A stretch of 64,000 bases of DNA, from NCBI GenBank assembly GCA_963666055.2, contig CAXWPH010000012.1:352001-416000 (forward strand). Reading direction: 5' to 3'. Origin of the DNA: Acidobacteriota bacterium. Its GTDB lineage: Bacteria; Acidobacteriota; UBA890; WLXD01. This document shows, in pieces, positions 56,824-64,000 of this stretch. Positions within the stretch are counted from its first letter, which is position 1, and the number at the start of each line of letters is the position of its first letter. Made by a program: the position numbers and the translations under genes. The notes under the pieces are model-generated. The model saw only the letters and a program-made list of their open reading frames with translations. It was not told where the DNA came from and did no database searches.

Positions 56824-59507
56824 TGAGCGGGCTCACCCTAGCAGGCCTAAAGCTGCTGCTTCGCACCTGGCCGCGCGAATTTCGCGATGCTCACGGGCGG
56901 GCCGCTCGCGACGCGGCGGTCGATGAGTTTCGTCACGACCGCCGCCGTCACGGCCTCCTCCTGGCGCTCCTGCGCACCGCGCCCCACCTGATACTCGATG
57001 TCGTCTTGACTGCGCTGCGACTGCGCCGAGACCGGCTATTCGGCAGCAACACGTCGGACCCTCTTTGTCGGCTTCCCCACCCCGAGAAGAATCCGTTGGA
57101 AAACCCGCTGCAGGACATCCGCTACGGCATTCGTTACCTGTTCCGCACCCCCGGAGTGACCCCCGTGGCGGTCGCCGCGCTGGCCCTGGGCATCGGAGTC
57201 AACACGCTGGTTTTCAGCCTGGTGAACGGCATCCTCCTCCAGCCGCTGCCGTTCGAAGAGCCCGATCGCCTCGTCCACCTGTGGGAGACCAACCTGAGCC
57301 GGGGCTGGGATAGCTTCTCGGTGTCGCCGCAGAACTACCGCGACTGGAAGGAGCAGACCGTTTCGTTCAGCGAGATGACCGGGCTGTATGACACGACGGC
57401 GACTATCACGGGCCTCGACGAGCCGGTGCTTGTGGCCGGCGCAATGGTCGCCGACGACTTCTTCCTGACACTCGGCGCAGAGCTCGCACTGGGCCGCGGA
57501 TTCAGCCGCGACGAGCACGTTGACGGTGCCAACGTCGTGGTAATCGGCCCCGGGCTGTGGCAACGACGCTTTGGCAGACAGGCAGATGTGCTCGGAAAGG
57601 AGATCATCGTCGACGGCTCCGGTCGCACGATCATCGGGGTTCTGGCCGATCCAGCCGCTGCCGTGCCGAGCGCAACGGACATTTGGATGCCGATCGATCT
57701 TGACGGCCAATTCACCGTGGGGCGCGGGGCCCACTGGTGGCGCGTGGTGGCGCGAATGCACGCCGGGGTGGCTCTCCAACAAGCCAGCAACGACGTGAAA
57801 TTGGTCGCCGACCGGCTGCCCCTGGGAGAGAGTGGCTGGTCAGCGGTAGCCGCGAGCATGCATGGAGACATCACCGAGCGCGCCAATCGCTCGCTGACCA
57901 TGCTGTTCGGTGCCGTCGGGCTGGTCTTGCTCATCGCCTGCGCCAACGTCGCCAACTTGTTGCTGGCACGCTCGAGCGACCGCGCTCGCGAACTGTCGCT
58001 CCGTCACTCGCTCGGCGCCTCAGCCTCGCGCCTGTTCCGACAGATGATCACCGAGAGCATCGTGTTGTCCTCCACTGGAGCAATCCTCGGGGTTGGCGTC
58101 GCGTTCGCCGGGTTGCGCACGGTCCAGGCGTTCGCCGGCGACACGCTGCCGCGCATGGGCGAGGTCGGCATCGACCTCACCGTGCTGGCCTTCACATTGG
58201 CCGTTGGGCTTGTCACCGGGCTGGTCTTCGGCGTCGTCCCGGCGCTCCGAGGCATGCGGGTCACGCCAGCCGAGGCGCTCAAGGAAGGCGGAGCAGGAAG
58301 CGGCCCCGGGCGCGGGCACGCTCGCCTGCGAAGCGCGCTGGTCGTCGTGGAGGTCGCCCTCGCCATGAGTGTCGTCGCCGTGGCTGGCCTGCTCGCCCGC
58401 AGCCTGGTCGAGCTGCAAGACGTCGACCCTGGCTTCGCCGTAGATCAGCGTGTAAGCGCGCGGATCGCCCTCCCGGAGGGGAGCTATCCGGATCGACCAA
58501 CCCGCATTGCCTTCTACGACGGGCTGCTGGATTCGCTTCGAGTGAGCCCCGCTGTAGTGAGCGCCGGAGCGACCTCGGGACTGCCCCTGGGCGGCAACTT
58601 CAGCATCAGCTTCAGCATCGTCGGCCAGACCGACTCGAACGACGAGAACCGACCAACATCCGAGCTACGCGTGATTGACCCCGATTACTTCGACAGCATG
58701 AGCATCCCGTTGGTGCGGGGCCGTGGCCTGCAGCGGTCTGACACGGCTGACGGCGAACACGTGGTCGTGGTGAACAAGCGATTTGTCGACCGCTTCTTCC
58801 CGGACTCAGAACCGCTCGGCGCCGTGTTGGACATCGGCTACGGCACGGGCGTCGACGGCGACTCCAGAGAACGCCGCATCGTCGGCGTCGTCAGCGACGT
58901 AAAGGCGTTCAGCCTGGGTGACGAGTCGCGCTCGATGTACTACCTGAGTCGGCACCAAACTAGCGTCAGCAACCTGTCGCTCGTGCTCCACACGACGGTC
59001 CCTGGGGAACAGGCGTTCGTGCTGCTGCGCGACGCGGTGCGCCAGGCCGACCCCAACCTGGCCCTGTACCAGGTGCGCACTCTGGGCGAGCTTGTGCACG
59101 AGACCACCGCCGGCGAGCGGCTCCGGCTCGGCCTGATCGCAAGCTTCGCCATTCTGGCGATGGTGCTCTCGGGAATCGGCATCTACGGGATGCTCTCCTT
59201 CGGCGTGGCGGAGCGCCGCCGGGAGATAGGTCTGCGACTCGCAATCGGCGCCGCACCGGCGGACGTGCTACGGCTGATCCTGCGCAATGGCATCGGCCTT
59301 GCTCTGATCGGAGTGGTTGTCGGCTCGGGCGGCGCACTCCTGCTGGGCCGCGCGTTGGCGTCGCAGCTCTATGGTGTTTCGCCCTCCGACCCGCTCACTC
59401 TACTGGCCGTCGGTGCCTCCTTGCTCATCGTCGCCACGATGGCCTGTTGGCTCCCCGCCCGCAGAGCCACGCGCATCGACCCAGCCAGAACTCTGCGCGC
59501 CGACTGA
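56823..59507 (+). CDS. ADOP-type duplicated ABC permease (MacB/FtsX-like)
   Basis: QDIRYGIR, LALGIG.NT..FS, LVLLIACANVANLLLAR, R.REIG.R.AIGA and PARRATRIDP...LRAD; coupled to padR. Confidence 0.92.
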   Translation: MSGLTLAGLKLLLRTWPREFRDAHGRAARDAAVDEFRHDRRRHGLLLALLRTAPHLILDVVLTALRLRRDRLFGSNTSDPLCRLPHPEKNPLENPLQDIRYGIRYLFRTPGVTPVAVAALALGIGVNTLVFSLVNGILLQPLPFEEPDRLVHLWETNLSRGWDSFSVSPQNYRDWKEQTVSFSEMTGLYDTTATITGLDEPVLVAGAMVADDFFLTLGAELALGRGFSRDEHVDGANVVVIGPGLWQRRFGRQADVLGKEIIVDGSGRTIIGVLADPAAAVPSATDIWMPIDLDGQFTVGRGAHWWRVVARMHAGVALQQASNDVKLVADRLPLGESGWSAVAASMHGDITERANRSLTMLFGAVGLVLLIACANVANLLLARSSDRARELSLRHSLGASASRLFRQMITESIVLSSTGAILGVGVAFAGLRTVQAFAGDTLPRMGEVGIDLTVLAFTLAVGLVTGLVFGVVPALRGMRVTPAEALKEGGAGSGPGRGHARLRSALVVVEVALAMSVVAVAGLLARSLVELQDVDPGFAVDQRVSARIALPEGSYPDRPTRIAFYDGLLDSLRVSPAVVSAGATSGLPLGGNFSISFSIVGQTDSNDENRPTSELRVIDPDYFDSMSIPLVRGRGLQRSDTADGEHVVVVNKRFVDRFFPDSEPLGAVLDIGYGTGVDGDSRERRIVGVVSDVKAFSLGDESRSMYYLSRHQTSVSNLSLVLHTTVPGEQAFVLLRDAVRQADPNLALYQVRTLGELVHETTAGERLRLGLIASFAILAMVLSGIGIYGMLSFGVAERRREIGLRLAIGAAPADVLRLILRNGIGLALIGVVVGSGGALLLGRALASQLYGVSPSDPLTLLAVGASLLIVATMACWLPARRATRIDPARTLRAD

Positions 59508-59543
59508 GCGATACGAGCCTTCCTGCACGCCGCTGGCCAGTGC

Positions 59544-60935
59544 TCAGCGGATGAGCCGTATTTCCGGGTCCGGCGGATAAGGGAACTCGACGCCGTCTTC
59601 CGTCACTACCGCACCGTCATGGAAGGCGATGTAGATGTGCTTGCCCCTCCCCCACGCGGGTACCGGCATGTGGATCATGTACTCGAACGTGAAGGTGTGC
59701 AGCACCGGGATCGTCATCTCGCGTTCCCAGTCGGAGCCGAGCGGAGAAATCCTGGGAGCAACCAGGCCGCTTCTTCCTACGGCGTGCACATCAAGATGGA
59801 CCTGCGCCTTGTACGGATCGGCAGTCGGGTCGTATTGGTCGACGGGGTTGTAGTGGTAGCCGGCCTCTTCGATCTTCCGGATCAGCAGATCGAGGGTCTC
59901 TCCTGCCGTGCGCCCGGCGACGATGTTGTCGAGCAGCATCTGGCGGGTCTCGAGCGCAACTTGCCAAATCTCTTCGATCTCCGGCGGTGCTTCTGTCTCT
60001 CCCTCGCGCAGTAAATAGGCGTTGCCCCCGAGGTCGGACGAGAAGATCCGGTTGCCGGCGCCGTGAAGAATCGTGAAGACGTCGCCCGGCTGCAGGACAT
60101 AAGGTTGCGGATCGCTCACGTGGAACTCGACGCCGTCAGGATCGCGCCGGAAAACGTTGCCCTCCAAGTCGCGGAGCTCGGTTACTCCCGGCACCACCTT
60201 GCCGAACTCGCGGTCGAGGTTGTCCGCGGCGATCAACCCGAACTGGCGATAGAGCTCGATCTCCTCAGCCACGCGACCGGCCAGGTAGTCGATGATCAGG
60301 TGCTCGGCGGAGACGACACGCCCGGCGTAGGTGTCGCCTAGCGCGTCCATCAAGAGACCGTAGTCGGTATGGGAGAGCCCGTCGGTCAGCGGAGCACGTT
60401 CCGACGCCGCCGAAAGCCCCAAAGCCTCCGAGTAGTTCACGCCGATGCGGTGTGGGTCGCGTTCGGCCACGAATTCCCCCACACCGTCGAAGCGAAACTC
60501 CAGATAGTCGGTCTCATCGCCGCCCGGCTGCTCGGTGATGACACCGTCGACGAAGGTGGGTAGCTCCACGAGCGACCGAGCGATGACGTCATAGGCGGCC
60601 GCGTCGTCGACGTCTCCGGCGAACACGGCCCGCTCTATTCGATCTCCTCCGCGGTCGGTGAAGATAAAGATCCCCGCCGCGCTGCCGAGCTCGAAGCTCA
60701 GCGGGTCGGGAGCCCACGGCCGCATGACATGAATCCACATGTCAATTTCGTTGTCCCGCATGACGCGCGGCAGAACCTGATCGAACTTGCTGTGGCGGAC
60801 CTGGTTTTCCAGCGCCACCGAATCATCGGGCAGCACCGTGGCGGGATTCACCGTCTCGGGATTCTGCGCCCCTACCGCCAGTGCGGCAAGAACGAAACAG
60901 CAAGCAGCGGCCTTCGAGAGTAAGGTCATGGACAT
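59544..60935 (-). CDS. Exported M24 (Xaa-Pro aminopeptidase-like) family protein
   Basis: Signal peptide; LPRVMRDNEIDMWI, GD......G, SSD and AY.LREGETEAP; metal ligands look partly divergent. Confidence 0.65.
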   Translation of the reverse strand: MSMTLLSKAAACCFVLAALAVGAQNPETVNPATVLPDDSVALENQVRHSKFDQVLPRVMRDNEIDMWIHVMRPWAPDPLSFELGSAAGIFIFTDRGGDRIERAVFAGDVDDAAAYDVIARSLVELPTFVDGVITEQPGGDETDYLEFRFDGVGEFVAERDPHRIGVNYSEALGLSAASERAPLTDGLSHTDYGLLMDALGDTYAGRVVSAEHLIIDYLAGRVAEEIELYRQFGLIAADNLDREFGKVVPGVTELRDLEGNVFRRDPDGVEFHVSDPQPYVLQPGDVFTILHGAGNRIFSSDLGGNAYLLREGETEAPPEIEEIWQVALETRQMLLDNIVAGRTAGETLDLLIRKIEEAGYHYNPVDQYDPTADPYKAQVHLDVHAVGRSGLVAPRISPLGSDWEREMTIPVLHTFTFEYMIHMPVPAWGRGKHIYIAFHDGAVVTEDGVEFPYPPDPEIRLIR

Positions 60936-61155
60936 GTACGGTATCAGCGCGGATCAGGGACCGTGACGCCCGTGTTCGTCTAACAGACACATCGCACCGT
61001 GAAACGGGGCAGGCTCTGACACGACTACATGCCCGGCCCTCTCAGCGGTGTGCTTGTGCTTATCTGCACAGTTCCCTCCGTTGCTCCTCTCCCCTATTCC
61101 TCGATAGCCTCGTGCGTGGTCGTTTCCCGGATCACGGATTCGGAAGGAGGATCGG

Positions 61156-62253
61156 ATGCGGCATGCCCATCGGATAAGTGCGGCGGTAGCGGCCGTCTCG
61201 AGCTTGTTGGCAGTGACGTCGGGCGGGGGGCTGTACGCCCAAACTTCGACGACCAATCCGTATCGCGTCACGCTGGGCTGGGAGAAACTTCCTGAAGGAA
61301 GAACGCTGGGCATCATGAGCGGAGCCTTTCCCGACCTCGATGGCCAGCACCTGTGGATGCTGGACCGGTGTGGCGGGAATCAGTGCGCTGGGACCGACTT
61401 GGACCCGATCCTAAAGTTCGACCTCGACGGCAACCTGGTGGAGAGCTTCGGTGCGGGGATCTTCGCCTTTCCTCACGGCTTCTACCTGGACCACGAGGGG
61501 TTTCTCTGGGTAACCGAGGGAGGGTCACACGGCGACGCCCGCGCGACGCTGGGTGAGAGCCTGGGGTTGGGTCATCAGGTCCTGAAGCTCGACCAGCGAG
61601 GAGAGGTGGTGATGCGGCTCGGTGAGGCCGGGGTCTGGGGAGACGGCCCGGACCACTTCAACGGGCCGTCCGGCGTCGCGGTCGCCAGAAACGGGGACAT
61701 CTGGGTCGCCGATGGACACCGGGGCGGGAACAACCGCCTCGTCAAGTTCTCGAGTGACGGCACCTTCCTTCTCGAAGTGGGCGGTGGCGTCGGTTCAGAG
61801 AGCCGGGAGCCGGGTCGGTTCAGCGACCCGCACGACGTCAAGCTCGACTCCCGGGGCCGCGTCTACGTCGCCGACCGCGGCAACAGCCGGATCCAGGTCT
61901 TCGACCCGGCCGGCAACCTCCTCTACATCTGGACGCAATACGGCAAGCCGAGCGGGCTCTTCATTGACCGCGACGATATCCTCTACGCGGCCGACGGCCT
62001 TTCGGGCACGCCAAGAACCGGCCCCCCCGACCCTTGGCGGAGCAACTTCGGGTGGGAGAAGGGGATCCGAATCGGCGACCTCAAAGAGGAACAGGCTTGG
62101 GTCGTGCACTTCGTTCCCCAACACGACGCGGACGTCGGGCCGGGGCTCGAGTTCCTCGGCGTAGACTTCTCCGGCAACATCTACGCTGGGGAAATCAACC
62201 GCGAGCGTCTGGTGAGATACGTGCCGTTCCGGCCGCTCAACGTGAAGAGGTAG
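61156..62253 (+). CDS. Exported NHL-repeat beta-propeller protein (peptidyl-alpha-hydroxyglycine lyase-like)
   Basis: FPHG, FNGPSGVAV..NGDIWVADGH, PHDV.LDSRGRVYVADRGNSRIQVFD motifs; AGGAGG RBS. Confidence 0.85.
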   Translation: MRHAHRISAAVAAVSSLLAVTSGGGLYAQTSTTNPYRVTLGWEKLPEGRTLGIMSGAFPDLDGQHLWMLDRCGGNQCAGTDLDPILKFDLDGNLVESFGAGIFAFPHGFYLDHEGFLWVTEGGSHGDARATLGESLGLGHQVLKLDQRGEVVMRLGEAGVWGDGPDHFNGPSGVAVARNGDIWVADGHRGGNNRLVKFSSDGTFLLEVGGGVGSESREPGRFSDPHDVKLDSRGRVYVADRGNSRIQVFDPAGNLLYIWTQYGKPSGLFIDRDDILYAADGLSGTPRTGPPDPWRSNFGWEKGIRIGDLKEEQAWVVHFVPQHDADVGPGLEFLGVDFSGNIYAGEINRERLVRYVPFRPLNVKR

Positions 62254-62366
62254 GGCGCGTCCAGCCGTCTCCGGAGGGCAGCTTTTCTCCAAGGAGACCC
62301 GACCCATCGCGGAGGACAACTTGCTCGAGCAAGAAAAGCTCGGCTCAGGCGTCAATGTGTGGCGCT

Positions 62367-62858
62367 TCAGCCGAACACGCTTGTCCGAAGTGCGGCGAAG
62401 AAACTGACGATTCGGTCGATTGCCGGATCGAAGATGCCACTCAGAATCATGGCCACAGCGATGAGGGTCAGGACGACGCCAACGATCGTACGGACCGTCT
62501 CCCTGGTATCGGCGGGCGGAGCATTACGAAACCACGTGATTCCATTGACCACCGAGTAGGGAACCAACGAGATGAACAACAGCGCCCAGGGTGCGATAAA
62601 GACACCATAGAGAACCTGGCGGACGGTATGCGGGATTTCGGCAAACGTATCGATTGCAGCGAATACCCAGAAGAAGACGATCGCGCCCACGAGCCAGGGC
62701 ATGAGTAAGGCTGCAGCCCAAGACATGAGTAGCGCCGCAACCCGTGATCCGTCTTTGTTGTCCTGGGCTGTGGTGTCCGTACCCTCGGAGCGCGCAAGAC
62801 CGCCGGCTTGATCCGCTGACCCTGGCTCGCGCTTGTTCCACCTATCCGCGTCCGACAT
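62367..62858 (-). CDS. Hypothetical membrane protein (3 TM)
   Basis: Three hydrophobic segments; GGGAG upstream of the ATG. Confidence 0.55.
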   Translation of the reverse strand: MSDADRWNKREPGSADQAGGLARSEGTDTTAQDNKDGSRVAALLMSWAAALLMPWLVGAIVFFWVFAAIDTFAEIPHTVRQVLYGVFIAPWALLFISLVPYSVVNGITWFRNAPPADTRETVRTIVGVVLTLIAVAMILSGIFDPAIDRIVSFFAALRTSVFG

Positions 62859-63030
62859 CTTGGCCGGTCTCCCTTGGCCGGGATCGTAGCCGATACTCTC
62901 CGATTAAGCCCAAGGACACGCCCTTCGCCTTGAGACCGTTCACGACAGTTGGCGCGGTAGACAAGCGCCTCACGACGACCGCACAACCTCAGGGGTTACC
63001 CTGTTTACCATATTTGGTTGCGCTGCTCCC

Positions 63031-63202
63031 CTAGCAGGCCGTGGTGAAAGTGTGGTGGGCCTGGCGACAGGGTCTTGCGAGGCGCAGGCAAGGAGAGAGG
63101 AGGAGGCGATGGTTACCCCATCGTTGACGAGGAACGACGCAGCATACGCGCGCAACCCCCTGTCGCCCGATGGGTTACCACACTTTCACCACGGCCTGCT
63201 AG
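63031..63202 (+). mobile_element. MITE/REP-like element, copy 3 (172 bp, internally deleted)
   Basis: Same CTAG ends and first arm as copy 1; 107 bp covering most of the second arm are missing. Confidence 0.85.
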
Positions 63203-63500
63203 ACAGTCTACCGGACAACTGACTGCTGTCTGTGGGGATGCGACCAGGTAAGGTCGCTAGACGGCTCGGTTGCACGTCCTCTGAGCGCCACCTCCGGATG
63301 GTGCCCTACTGAACGACATCGGTGGCCGAGGGCCAGGTCTGGTCAGAGTCCTTGCAGAATGCGGTCTGAAGTTGTTTCCTAATAGTTAAGGGCGATTGAT
63401 ACTAGGCGAGGCAGGTTTATCGAGGCTCGCTATGCCTGCACCACGCGCTGTGGCAGAAGCCAACCTCACGAACCGGTCCGATCCGGACCGCGCGTGCGGC

Positions 63501-64000
63501 GTGCGAAGTCTCGTCACAATACTCGCGCTGTGCTTCCTGGGCTCGGTAGCCGGTGGCTGCGCCAGACCGCCCCAGCGACCGAACATCGTGATATTGGACC
63601 TGGACACGCTACGAGCCGATCACCTCGGCTCCTACGGGTACAAGCGCGATACCACGCCGCACATAGATGCTTTGGCGGACCGTGGCAGCCTCTTCTTGCG
63701 GAACTACGCTCAGGCTGGTTGGACCGGACCATCCCAGACCTCGATCCTCACGTCGATGTACGCCTCGGTTCATAAGGTGATCGAACAGGGCCAGGTCCTG
63801 GACCCGAAAATTCCTCTGCTGGCAGAGGTATTGCAAAACAACGGCTACGCAACCGGCGCCTTCTCCCAGCTAATGGGTCACAGTTTCCGCAGAGGATTCG
63901 ACGAGTACATCTGGCGTGACGGGGAATGGGAGACCGGCCCCGTCGATCCCGACCTCGAGTCGACGCTCAAGGAGATGCAGGAATGGGTCGGCAGGCAGAC
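63501..64000 (+). CDS. Sulfatase-like hydrolase/transferase lipoprotein (runs off window end)
   Basis: Lipobox AGGC; PNIVILDLDTLRADHLGSYGY..DTTPHID, WTGPS.TSILT and LAEVL...GYAT; start at GTG 63501 or ATG 63432. Confidence 0.85.
   Translation, partial: MRSLVTILALCFLGSVAGGCARPPQRPNIVILDLDTLRADHLGSYGYKRDTTPHIDALADRGSLFLRNYAQAGWTGPSQTSILTSMYASVHKVIEQGQVLDPKIPLLAEVLQNNGYATGAFSQLMGHSFRRGFDEYIWRDGEWETGPVDPDLESTLKEMQEWVGRQ

Noticed and set aside
17102-63202. Repeats as a CRISPR array or tRNA/rRNA
   Set aside because: They are dispersed, with no repeat-spacer periodicity, cas genes or cloverleaf.
63555-63590. Suspected frameshift between the sulfatase signal peptide and catalytic domain
   Set aside because: Recounting shows a continuous frame (C-A-R-P-P-Q-R-P-N-I-V).

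Overview
GC-rich bacterial chromosomal window. The PadR-ADOP permease pair and the DUF6644/DUF6152-like cluster suggest Acidobacteriota (inference). It holds about 60 genes: a his operon (hisG, fused hisD-hisC, hisH, hisA, hisB, hisF, hisIE) under a complete His-leader attenuator missed by the ORF track, dinB, fumC, a cyanophycin locus (cphB, cphA and a third CphA-like gene lacking the ATP-grasp domain), aceE-aceF-lpdA, an ECF sigma/anti-sigma pair and many accessory enzymes. The strongest unexplained structure is a 1.93-kb integrase-less mini-island inserted in the first codons of a glutathione S-transferase gene. It is bounded by an 11-bp direct repeat (TTTACGGGTTC), carries paired TGATACC arm-like sites at both ends, leaves the original GST start stranded upstream, supplies a replacement N-terminus and carries a YHYH-domain gene. 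Also present are three copies of a CTAG-bounded, two-armed palindromic MITE-like element with compensatory changes in its terminal stem. No rRNA, tRNA or CRISPR array was seen. Family names come from motif recognition only; no searches were run.
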